The position numbers and the translations under genes were made by a program. From the NCBI GenBank assembly GCA_005887895.1, contig VBPC01000272.1, positions 5,561 through 69,560 on the forward strand: a stretch of 64,000 nucleotides of DNA, read 5' to 3'. Below, piece after piece: positions 1-7,828 of this stretch. The notes under the pieces are model-generated. The model made no database searches. It saw only the letters and a program-made list of their open reading frames with translations, and was not told where the DNA came from. How positions within the stretch are numbered: the stretch's first letter is position 1; each line of letters opens with the position of its first letter. Origin of the DNA: Candidatus Rokuibacteriota bacterium. GTDB taxonomy: Bacteria > Methylomirabilota > Methylomirabilia > Rokubacteriales > CSP1-6.

Positions 1-542
1 AGGCGCGCGAGCGGGCGCAGGCGTACTTCGACAGCAAGGCGGGGCTGCCGCCCGCGGAGGTCCGCGCCCAGGTCGCCGCGGCGTTCGACTCGCTCGCCGC
101 CGCGCTCGGCGAGGTGCGGCCCGAGCGGGCGGCGGTGCGCACCATCGCCGACGAGTGGTCCGCGCAGGAAGTGGTCGATCACCTGCTCGAGACCTTCCGC
201 CCCGGCGTCGACGAGCTCCGGTGCCTGCTGGCGGGCGTGCGACCGCCCGGGGCGCCGATCCCGGCCTCCCTGCAGTCGAAGGCGCCGAGCCTGCGCCCGT
301 GGCCGTGGCTGCTGGACGAGCTGCGCCGGAGCGAGCAGGACGTCCTCGACCTGCTGAGCGCGGCGCCGGCCGGCTTCGCGGGACCGGCGCGCGCGCCGAT
401 CGTGATGGTCGTCAACGTCCCCGACGCCGCGCCGCTGCACTGGATCCAGGACCTGGAGTGGAAAGCCTACGCGCTCGTATCGTGGCGCCTGCACACCATC
501 GACCACCTGAAGCAGATCCGCAGAGTCCTCGCCGCCTACTGA
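1..542 (+). CDS. DinB-family protein; 5' end may lie outside the window
   Basis: The frame is open from the window edge to TGA 540-542, and the first in-window start is GTG 114. GC3-rich codons. The W-S-A-Q-E-V-V-D-H-L segment and a C-terminal His resemble DinB/DinB_2 helical-bundle proteins. Confidence 0.45.
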   Translation, partial: ARERAQAYFDSKAGLPPAEVRAQVAAAFDSLAAALGEVRPERAAVRTIADEWSAQEVVDHLLETFRPGVDELRCLLAGVRPPGAPIPASLQSKAPSLRPWPWLLDELRRSEQDVLDLLSAAPAGFAGPARAPIVMVVNVPDAAPLHWIQDLEWKAYALVSWRLHTIDHLKQIRRVLAAY

Positions 543-611
543 CATGGGGGCCCCGACATGGCCCCCAAACCCCCGTCCGTTCGGCGCGCCCCGGCAAAGC
601 CGTGGCGCGCC
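543..611 (+). repeat. Two-hairpin intergenic repeat (REP-like), copy 1
   Basis: catgggggccccgacatggcccccaaaccccc...ggcgcgccccggcaaagccgtggcgcgcc. Hairpin 1 pairs GGGGGCC with GGCCCCC. Hairpin 2 is a GC-rich stem. The element starts directly after the DinB stop codon. Confidence 0.85.
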
Positions 612-677
612 TCAGTCACGCGCGCCCCGGCACATCCGAGGCGCTCCCCTGTCGCCGGTACGAGACCGTGGGGTGAA

Positions 678-750
678 GAGGAGCGCCAGGGCTCCGCCGG
701 GGCGCTCCGAACCTTTGGGGGCTTGGGGGCCATGTCGGGGCCCCCATGTG
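678..750 (-). repeat. Two-hairpin intergenic repeat (REP-like), copy 2, inverted
   Basis: The reverse complement reads cacatgggggccccgacatggcccccaagcccccaaaggttcggagcgccccggcggagccctggcgctcctc. It ends 3 nt from the stop codon of the minus-strand HTH gene. Confidence 0.85.
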
Positions 751-752
751 GA

Positions 753-983
753 TCAATCGCGGATCCAGTTCTCCGCGGGCGGGATCTCCGGCGCGCCGCC
801 GCGGTCCAGCCGGAGCAGCGCCTCGACCTCGGCGCGCCGGTACAGGCGCTGCCGCTTGATGCCCTGGCGGTAGCTCTTGAGGATGCCGCGGCTGACGTAG
901 GCGTACAGCGTCTCGCGCTTGACGCCGAGCAGCCGTGCCGCCTCCTCGACCGTCAGGAACTCCTCGCCGTCCAGGATCACCAT
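753..983 (-). CDS. Small helix-turn-helix DNA-binding protein (MerR/excisionase-type HTH)
   Basis: MVILDGEEFLTVEEAARLLGVKRETLYAYVSRGIL is a typical HTH_17-like motif. I chose ATG 983. The longer ORF start at 1061 would sit inside the AT-rich promoter region. Confidence 0.6.
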   Translation of the reverse strand: MVILDGEEFLTVEEAARLLGVKRETLYAYVSRGILKSYRQGIKRQRLYRRAEVEALLRLDRGGAPEIPPAENWIRD

Positions 984-1042
984 CGCTCCCGAGGCTATCA
1001 GAAGCCGTCCGACCCCGCTGCGTCGGCCGCCGTCACGTACAC

Positions 1043-1071
1043 TTGAATCAATATAAATCATGTAGTATCAA
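1043..1071 (+). promoter_or_regulatory. Candidate sigma70 promoter for the citrate synthase-like gene
   Basis: TTGAAT (1043-1048), 17-nt spacer, TATCAA (1066-1071), inside the only AT-rich patch of this intergenic region. It is flanked by the inverted hexamers ACTTGA and TCAAGT. Confidence 0.3.
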
Positions 1072-1113
1072 GTATCCAGCGGGGCCACCAGACATACGCC
1101 GCCGGAGGACGAC

Positions 1114-2268
1114 ATGGACAGCGCGTGGAAAGCCGGACTCGAGGACGTGATCGCCGCCCGCTCCGCCGTCTGCGCGATCGACGGCGCGGCCGGGCGCCTC
1201 TACTACCGCGGCTACGAGATCGGCGACCTGGCCGCGGTCGTGCCGTTCGAGGACGTCGTCTGGCTGCTGTGGTTCGGCGAGCTGCCGTCGGCGGCGCAGG
1301 CCCGCGAGTTCCGCGCGCGACTGCGCGCCGCCCGCGAGCTGCCGGCGCCCGTCCTGGCGCTGCTGCGTACGCTGCCGCGCGACTGCCATCCGCTCGACGC
1401 GCTGCGCACGGCCGTGTCGCTCGCGGCTGCGCTCGACCCCGACGTGCGGGCCAACGACGCCGAGGCGAACCTCCGCAAGGCGATCCGGCTCACGACGCTG
1501 GTGCCGGCGACCGTCGCGGCCTGGCACCGCATCCGCACGGGTCGGGAGCCGGTGCCGGCGACGGTGCCGGCCGACTCCCACGCCGCCTGGTTCCTCACGC
1601 TCCTCGAGGGCGCGGCGCCGACGCCGGAGGTCGCGCGCGTCATGGACGTCACGCTGACGCTGCACGCCGACCACGAGTTCAACGCCTCCACGTTCGCCGC
1701 CCGGGTGGCGGTGGCCACCTGGGCCGACCTGCACGCCGCGATCGTCGCCGCCGTCTGCACGCTGAAGGGGCCGAGCCACGGCGGCGCCAACGAGGACGTT
1801 CTCGTGATGCTGCGCGAGATCGGCGATCCGGCCAAGGCCGAGGCGTTCGTCGAGAGCCGGCTCGGGGGGCGCGGCGCGCTGAGCCGCCAGGAGCGCGCCA
1901 ATCCCAAGACCCGCATTCCGGGCTTCGGCCATCGCGTCTACCGCGTGGACGACGCCCGCGCCCGCGTGCTGCGCGGCATGGCCAAGTCGATGGCGGAGGC
2001 CACCGGCCACCAGCGTCTCTTCGAGGTCGCCGAGCGCCTGTACGACGCCATGCGCGCTCGCACATCGCTGCCGGTCAACGTCGACTTCTTCTCCGCCGTC
2101 GTCTACGACGCCCTCGCCATCCCGCCCGACTTCTGCACCTCCATCTTCGCCACCGCCCGCATCGCCGGCTGGTGCGCTCACACCCTCGAGCAATACGCCG
2201 ACAACCGCCTCATCCGCCCCCGCGCCGACTACACCGGCCCCGCCCCCCGCCCGCTCCCACCCCGATGA
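1114..2268 (+). CDS. Citrate synthase family protein (citrate or 2-methylcitrate synthase-like)
   Basis: 384 aa. GRLYYRGYEIGDL, the GFGHRVY catalytic-His motif and HADHEFNAST are citrate synthase signatures. Confidence 0.85.
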   Translation: MDSAWKAGLEDVIAARSAVCAIDGAAGRLYYRGYEIGDLAAVVPFEDVVWLLWFGELPSAAQAREFRARLRAARELPAPVLALLRTLPRDCHPLDALRTAVSLAAALDPDVRANDAEANLRKAIRLTTLVPATVAAWHRIRTGREPVPATVPADSHAAWFLTLLEGAAPTPEVARVMDVTLTLHADHEFNASTFAARVAVATWADLHAAIVAAVCTLKGPSHGGANEDVLVMLREIGDPAKAEAFVESRLGGRGALSRQERANPKTRIPGFGHRVYRVDDARARVLRGMAKSMAEATGHQRLFEVAERLYDAMRARTSLPVNVDFFSAVVYDALAIPPDFCTSIFATARIAGWCAHTLEQYADNRLIRPRADYTGPAPRPLPPR

Positions 2269-2711
2269 GCGATGAGCGATCGATCCCCGAACTCTGACAG
2301 CGTGCAGCCAACCCCAAGACGCGCTCCGATCGCGGACGCACACGCCGCGGCGCCACACGGAGACAGCCGACCGCTCGCCCGACGCGGGAGCCAGCCGATG
2401 AGAAAAATCGAGCGCCCCCGAGCCCGAAGCGCGAGAGGGAGCCGACGGCTCGCCCGAATGGGCGAGCCAGCGCCCGAGACCAACCCCGCGCCGCGCGGCG
2501 CGACACACCGCCACGCGAGAATCCATCACGCGAAATGGCCGCTGGGAAGCAGTAAGCGGGAGCGGCGGGCGGGGGGCAGGGGCCAGGGACGCGTCCCCCG
2601 CCATCCCCGGCGGGCGCCGCGCTTCGAAGTTCCGCAGCCGGACCTACGCCGCAGGCCTCGTGGTCAACGGCCCCTGCCCCCCGCCGGCCGCCGCGCCCGC
2701 CGCGGCGACGT

Positions 2712-3239
2712 TCACTTCTTGACGATCACGCCACAGGCGATGCGGGCGCCGGAATTCCCCGTGGGGTCGGTTTTGAAGTCGTCCGGGGCGGCGTGGATGA
2801 CGAGCGCGGAGCCGTCCGAGTCGAAGATGGACGTGGGGCCGTTGCCGAGCGTGAACAGCTCGGTCGTGCTCTCGAGGCGTCCTTTGCCGTCGGGCCCGAC
2901 CGTCAGGTTCGGCAGGTCCCCCGCGTGCGCCCCTCTCGGATTCAGCGCGCCGTGCTCGCGGTTCAGCGGATTGAAGTGGCCGCCGGCCGAGGCGAAGTCC
3001 GGCGGGTCGCACTTGCCGACCGTGTGGACGTGAACGCCGTGCTGTCCCGGCGGCAACCCTTGCACCTCGAGCACCACGCGCACCGTGTTGGCGACCTGCG
3101 TGAACGTGGCGGCGCCGACCGGCTGGCCGCCGGCGTTCTTCATCTCGGCCCGGGCGGTGTTGTCGGTGTTGGACGGCGTGCCCATCCCGGCGCACCCGGC
3201 GAGAAGCAGCGACGCGACGACGGCGACGAACGCTCTCAT
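2712..3239 (-). CDS. sodC: Cu/Zn superoxide dismutase, lipoprotein-type signal
   Basis: 175 aa starting at ATG 3239. Signal peptide plus LLAGC lipobox. The motifs HGVHVHTVGKC, GGHFNP and ARIACGVI match SodC. Confidence 0.9.
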   Translation of the reverse strand: MRAFVAVVASLLLAGCAGMGTPSNTDNTARAEMKNAGGQPVGAATFTQVANTVRVVLEVQGLPPGQHGVHVHTVGKCDPPDFASAGGHFNPLNREHGALNPRGAHAGDLPNLTVGPDGKGRLESTTELFTLGNGPTSIFDSDGSALVIHAAPDDFKTDPTGNSGARIACGVIVKK

Positions 3240-4435
3240 GGCTGGTGTCCTCCACGTGCAAAGTCGTGCTTGGCCTTCTGGAGCGCCTCCGGCGAGGCGA
3301 GCAGGTCTACCGCGGTCAGGGCCAGCGCCTTGGCGCCGGCCACCAGGCCCGTGCGGGCCAGCGGCGAGCGCGCCCACTCGGCGAACTCGCGCGAGTGGCC
3401 GGGCACGCCATCGGGCGAGATCCGGATGTAGGGATGGATCGTGGGCAGGCGCTGGCTCACGTTGCCGCAGTCGGTGGAGCCGAAGCCGGCCTGCCCGTCG
3501 TCGGGATCCTCCGGGAAATCGATCAGCTCGAGGTTCCTCGCGAACAGTCCCGCCATCGTCGCGTTCGGCTTGAGCGGCTCGTGCACCGTCGGATCGTGGG
3601 TGACGCTGGCGCGGCAGCCGGTGGCGGCGGCGGCGCCCTCGGCGGCGGCGGTGAAGCGCCGCAGCAGCTCCCAGCAGTAGTCGACGGAGATCGAGCGCAG
3701 GTAGAACTCCGCGCTGGTGTACTCCGGGATGATGTTGGCCTGCTCGCCGCCCCTGGTGATGATGCCGTGCACGCGCGCGTCGGGACGGAGCTGCTGGCGC
3801 ATCGCATCGAGGGCGTTGAAGAGCCCGATCACCGCGTTGAGGGCGTTGACGCCGCGCCACGGCCACGACGAGGCGTGGGCGGCCTGGCCAAAGAACTCGG
3901 CCTTCGCCTTGACGATGCCGAGGCTCGGGCGCCACACCTGCGTCCCGCAGCGGCCGTGGATCATCATCGCGGCGTCCACGTCCTTGAAGACGCCGGCCTC
4001 CATGAGCTTCACCTTGCCGGCGCCGCCTTCCTCGGCGGGGGTGCCGATCACCTGGATCTGGCCGGCGAACGGCAGGCGTCCGAGCGCGACGGCGAGGGCG
4101 GCGCCGGCGCCGCAGCCGGCGGTCGCGATGACGTTGTGACCGCACGCGTGCCCGATGCCAGGCAGCGCGTCGTACTCGGCCATGATGGCGATCGTCGGCC
4201 CCGCGCCGCGGCCGGCGATCGTGGCCCGGAAGGCGGTGGGCAGCCCGCCTACGCCGCGCTCGACGCGCGCGCCGTGCTTCTCGAGGAACTCGGTGAGCCA
4301 CGCCTGCGCCTGCTCTTCCTTGAAGGCCAGCTCGGGCGTGGCGTGGATGCGGTGGGACAGCGCCTCCAGCTCGTCGGCGAGGCGATCGACGGTCGCGGCG
4401 ATGTCGAGCTTCAGCGGGTCGGCGGCCGCGCTCAC
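3236..4435 (-). CDS. M20-family amidohydrolase/peptidase (AbgB/M20D-like), paralogue 1
   Basis: 399 aa from GTG 4435, which forms a GTGA overlap with the upstream stop. Motifs EYDALPGIGHACGHN and GTPAEEGGAGK. The rest of the 1089-aa track ORF is an out-of-frame artefact. Confidence 0.85.
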   Translation of the reverse strand: MSAAADPLKLDIAATVDRLADELEALSHRIHATPELAFKEEQAQAWLTEFLEKHGARVERGVGGLPTAFRATIAGRGAGPTIAIMAEYDALPGIGHACGHNVIATAGCGAGAALAVALGRLPFAGQIQVIGTPAEEGGAGKVKLMEAGVFKDVDAAMMIHGRCGTQVWRPSLGIVKAKAEFFGQAAHASSWPWRGVNALNAVIGLFNALDAMRQQLRPDARVHGIITRGGEQANIIPEYTSAEFYLRSISVDYCWELLRRFTAAAEGAAAATGCRASVTHDPTVHEPLKPNATMAGLFARNLELIDFPEDPDDGQAGFGSTDCGNVSQRLPTIHPYIRISPDGVPGHSREFAEWARSPLARTGLVAGAKALALTAVDLLASPEALQKAKHDFARGGHQP

Positions 4436-5598
4436 CTGGCCGCCTCGAACTCGGCGCGCGCCCGCTTCACGTGACCCGGATCGGCCAGCAGGTCGTAGGT
4501 CGTCATCGCCATCGTCTTGGCGGCCTGGCACATTCCCTGCCGCGCCAGCGGCGTGACGGCCGCCGCCTCGAACGCCCGCGAGTGGATCGGCGTCCCGGTC
4601 GGCGCGATCTGCACCATGGGCTGGATGGCCGGGATCACCTGGCTCACGTTGCCGATGTCCGAGGACCCGAGCCGATCGGGCGCCGGCGACTCGGAGGCGC
4701 CGACCGCCGTCATGTTGGCGCGGAACAGCTCGAGCAGCGTGTCGTTGCGCTTGAGCGGCTCGTAGGGCGCTTCCTTGTCGATCACGCTCAGCGAGCAGCC
4801 GGTGGCCTTGGCGGCCCCCTCGGCGCAGGCGACGACGCGCTTGTGCAGGTCCCACATGTACTCGAGCTTCGCGGCGCGCACGTAGAAGGTGCAGGCGGCC
4901 ATCTCGGGAATGATGTTCGGCGCGGCGCCGCCGTGCGTGACGATGCCGTGGAGGCGCGCGTCGGGTCGGATCTGCTGGCGCAGCATGCTCACGTTGTTGA
5001 ACGTCTGGATCACCGCGTCGAGCGCGTTCACGCCCTCCCACGGATCGGCGGAGGCGTGGGCGGCCTTGCCGCGGAACTCGAAGCCGACCCGCACGATGCC
5101 GAGCAGGTCCTGGTGCAGGATCCAGCGATCGAAGCCGTGGATCATCATCGCCGCGTCGACGTCCTTGAACACGCCGCCCTGGATGAGCTTCACCTTGCCG
5201 CCGCCGCCCTCCTCGGCCGGTGTGCCGATCACCTGCACGCGCCCCGGGGGCAGCTGGTCGCGCACGGCGGCCAGCGCGGCGCCGGCGCCGGCGCCCGCCG
5301 TCGCGATGACGTTGTGACCGCAGGCGTGCCCGATGGCCGGCAGCGCGTCGTACTCGCACAGGATCGCGATGGTGGGGCCGCGGCCGTTGTCGATCGTGCC
5401 GCGGAACGCCGTCTGGACACCGGCCACTCCGCGCTCGACCTTGAAGCCCTGCGCGCTCAGGAAGTCGCCGAGCCAGCCGGCCGCCTTGACCTCCTGGAAA
5501 CCCAGTTCCGGATTGTCGTGGATCTGTCGCGAAAGTTTTTCCAGGTCGTCGGCCAGGCGGTCCACTGCCTGAGCGATGAGGTCCTTGACTGCGCCCAT
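4432..5598 (-). CDS. M20-family amidohydrolase/peptidase, paralogue 2
   Basis: 388 aa. It carries the same motifs (EYDALPAIGHACGHN, GTPAEEGGGGK) and is collinear with paralogue 1. Confidence 0.85.
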   Translation of the reverse strand: MGAVKDLIAQAVDRLADDLEKLSRQIHDNPELGFQEVKAAGWLGDFLSAQGFKVERGVAGVQTAFRGTIDNGRGPTIAILCEYDALPAIGHACGHNVIATAGAGAGAALAAVRDQLPPGRVQVIGTPAEEGGGGKVKLIQGGVFKDVDAAMMIHGFDRWILHQDLLGIVRVGFEFRGKAAHASADPWEGVNALDAVIQTFNNVSMLRQQIRPDARLHGIVTHGGAAPNIIPEMAACTFYVRAAKLEYMWDLHKRVVACAEGAAKATGCSLSVIDKEAPYEPLKRNDTLLELFRANMTAVGASESPAPDRLGSSDIGNVSQVIPAIQPMVQIAPTGTPIHSRAFEAAAVTPLARQGMCQAAKTMAMTTYDLLADPGHVKRARAEFEAAR

Positions 5599-5977
5599 GG
5601 AAGTTCTCCCCGGGATCGTGGTGGATGACCGTGCCGGGCCGCTGCCGCCGGCCTGCGGGGTGAACTATAGCACCGCTGTCGCGCTGGGCCCGGCTCCGGG
5701 CAGGAGGCGCTCGGAGGCTCCGCGGGCCGCTCGCGCGGCGCGCGAGCGGCCGCGGGCGGGTGACACTCGGCGGGCTGTGCGCGCTCCGGGCACGGCTCGA
5801 CGGCCGCGGAGGGCGCACGCTCCGTGTCGTTGACCGGTAACAGCGCGAAGAGGGCGACCACGAGCCACGGACCGGTGATGATCGCCACGGCGTCACTGCG
5901 AGGGCACGACCGGCGGCTGGCGGTTCTCGTTTGCGGTCCCGAAGCTCGGGACCGTCGGCCGGGAGTATAGTCCACTC

Positions 5978-6895
5978 GTGAACGCCTCCGTGACGCTCGG
6001 CGTGGCGATCCCTCAGACCTTCATCCACGAGCCGGTCGACGCCGGCCGGATCAAGGAATTCCTTCGCCACGCCGAGGCGCTGGGCTTCGCGAGCGCCTGG
6101 GTCGTCGAGCAGATCCTCGGCTCGGCGCCGAGCCTCGAGTCGGTCACGCTGCTCGCGTACGCGGCCGCGGTCACCGAGAGGCTGCGCCTGGGCTCGGCGG
6201 TGCTGCTCACGGCGCTGCGGAGTCCTGTGCACGTCGCCAAGAGCCTGGCCACCATCGACCAGCTCAGCCACGGCCGCCTGATCGTCGGCGTCGGGCTCGG
6301 CGGCAGTCCCAGGACGTATCCCGCCTACGGGCTCAGCGCCGAGCGTCGCGCCGCCCGGTTCGCCGAGGGGCTGCGGCTCGTGAAGCGACTGTGGACGGAG
6401 CCTCGCGTGACGATGGCCGGCGAGTTCTTCCGCCTGGAGAACGCCTCGATGGAACCGAAGCCCGTCCAGAAGCCGCATCCGCCGCTGTGGTTCGGCGGTC
6501 ACCATCCGCTGGCGCTCCGGCGCGCGGTCGAGCTGGGCGACGGTTTCATCGGGGCGGGCTCGGCGTCGACGGCGACGTTCGCCGACGAGGTCACGGCGTT
6601 GCGCGCGATCCTGGCCGAGCGGGGGCGGGCGGCGTTCCCGATCGGCAAGCGCGTCTACGTGGCGCTCGATCGCGACCGGTCGCGCGCGGGCAAGCGACTG
6701 GCCGAGTGGTTCGGCGCGTTCTACGGCAAGCCGGCGCTGGCCGAGGACGTCTCGGTGTTCGGCGACGCCGACGCCTGCGTCGAGGGCCTGCGCGCGGTCG
6801 TCGCCGCCGGCGCCGGCTTCCTGATGCTCAACCCCGTGTTCGACGAGCTCGACCAGCTCGAGCGGCTCGCCGCCGACGTCGCGCCCCGCCTCTGA
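5978..6895 (+). CDS. LLM-class (luciferase-like) flavin/F420-dependent oxidoreductase
   Basis: 305 aa. The segment GSAVLLTALRSPVHVAKSLATIDQLSHGRLIVGVGLG is typical of luciferase-like monooxygenases. A TATAGT box lies 6 nt upstream of the GTG start. Confidence 0.8.
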   Translation: MNASVTLGVAIPQTFIHEPVDAGRIKEFLRHAEALGFASAWVVEQILGSAPSLESVTLLAYAAAVTERLRLGSAVLLTALRSPVHVAKSLATIDQLSHGRLIVGVGLGGSPRTYPAYGLSAERRAARFAEGLRLVKRLWTEPRVTMAGEFFRLENASMEPKPVQKPHPPLWFGGHHPLALRRAVELGDGFIGAGSASTATFADEVTALRAILAERGRAAFPIGKRVYVALDRDRSRAGKRLAEWFGAFYGKPALAEDVSVFGDADACVEGLRAVVAAGAGFLMLNPVFDELDQLERLAADVAPRL

Positions 6896-6921
6896 CCGCG
6901 CCCGCGCCCGGCTTGAACGGA

Positions 6922-6937
6922 ATATGAATATTCATAT
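6922..6937. promoter_or_regulatory. Perfect 16-bp palindrome; candidate ArsR/SmtB operator overlapping the promoter
   Basis: ATATGAATATTCATAT has a TGAA-TA-TTCA core. It sits between TTGAAC (6913-6918) and an ATATAT -10-like box, in a 30-bp almost pure AT stretch immediately upstream of the ArsR gene. Confidence 0.6.
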
Positions 6938-6940
6938 ATA

Positions 6941-7300
6941 TTGTCTTTCGTGTCCCCGCCCGGCTCCGGGCCGCTCCAGGCGTTCAAGGCCGAGTTCTTC
7001 AAGGCGCTGGCCCATCCGCTCCGCATCCGGATCCTCGAGCTCCTGATCGGCGGCGAGCGCAGCGTCCTCGAGCTCCAGCGCGCGCTGGACGCCGAGCAGC
7101 CGATCGTCTCCCAGCAGCTCGCCGTGCTGCGCGCCAAGCGGATCGTGCGGGCGCGCAAGGAGGGCACCACCGTCCGCTACGCGGTCGGCGACCCGGAGAT
7201 CCGCGCGCTGCTCGAGGCCGCCCGCCGGATCTTCAACAACCAGCTGATCGGCAGCCGCAGCATGCTGCGCGAGCTGGCCCGCGAGCGGCGGCGGCGCTAG
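6941..7300 (+). CDS. ArsR/SmtB-family transcriptional regulator
   Basis: 119 aa. FKALAHPLRIRILELL and QPIVSQQLAVLRAKRIV form a winged-HTH ArsR signature. The start is TTG 6941 or GTG 6950. The stop TAG shares one nucleotide with the next gene's GTG. Confidence 0.85.
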   Translation: MSFVSPPGSGPLQAFKAEFFKALAHPLRIRILELLIGGERSVLELQRALDAEQPIVSQQLAVLRAKRIVRARKEGTTVRYAVGDPEIRALLEAARRIFNNQLIGSRSMLRELARERRRR

Positions 7301-7815
7301 TGCTGCTCTTCTCGAAGATCCTCCGCACCGGCCTGGCGACCGAGCCGCTGATCGCCGGCGACGACACCCTGCTGACGCTCGCCCGCGAGGTGGAGGCGCG
7401 CACCCGGCGGCTGCTCGGCCGGGCGCTGGCGATCCGCGAGGTCGACGCCGGCTCCTGCAACGGTTGCGAGCTGGAGATCACCGGGCTCATGAGTCCCGTG
7501 TACGACAGCGAGCGCTTCGGCATCCACTTCGTGGCCTCGCCGCGCCACGCCGACCTGCTGCTGGTCACCGGCCCGGTGACCCGCAACATGGAGGTGCCGC
7601 TGCGCAAGACGTGGGAGGCGACGCCCGATCCCAAGCTGGTCGTGGCCGTCGGCGACTGCGCGCGGACGTGCGGCGTCTTCCGCGGCAGCTACGCGATCGT
7701 CGGCAGCGTGGACGCCGTGGTGCCGGTCGACGTGTTCGTCGACGGCTGTCCGCCCGAGCCCGCCGACATCCTGCGCGGCATCCTGGCCGCGCTCGGCCGG
7801 CGGCCGGGACGCTGA
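7300..7815 (+). CDS. NuoB / group-4 hydrogenase small-subunit-like FeS protein
   Basis: 171 aa. Four Cys are spaced for one 4Fe-4S cluster: GSCNGCELE, GDCARTCG and VDGCPP. Confidence 0.85.
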   Translation: MLLFSKILRTGLATEPLIAGDDTLLTLAREVEARTRRLLGRALAIREVDAGSCNGCELEITGLMSPVYDSERFGIHFVASPRHADLLLVTGPVTRNMEVPLRKTWEATPDPKLVVAVGDCARTCGVFRGSYAIVGSVDAVVPVDVFVDGCPPEPADILRGILAALGRRPGR

Positions 7816-7828
7816 CCGCGGCGCGCCG

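Noticed and set aside
536-1046. Small ORFs starting MAPKPP... or MGAPTWPP... that recur wherever the repeat element occurs (also at 15742..16248)
   Set aside because: The peptide similarity comes from the conserved nucleotide repeat. The frames and downstream sequences differ between copies (for example MAPHAPQF at copy 4 and MAPHPHQC at copy 6), so conservation is at the DNA/RNA-structure level, not the protein level.
1048-2604. 518-aa minus-strand ORF overlapping the citrate synthase gene
   Set aside because: It is antisense to a gene with clear citrate synthase motifs, and its translation is low complexity.
3236-6505. 1089-aa single ORF
   Set aside because: Only the last 399 aa match an M20 amidohydrolase. 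The rest runs out of frame across the second M20 gene and antisense to the LLM oxidoreductase gene.
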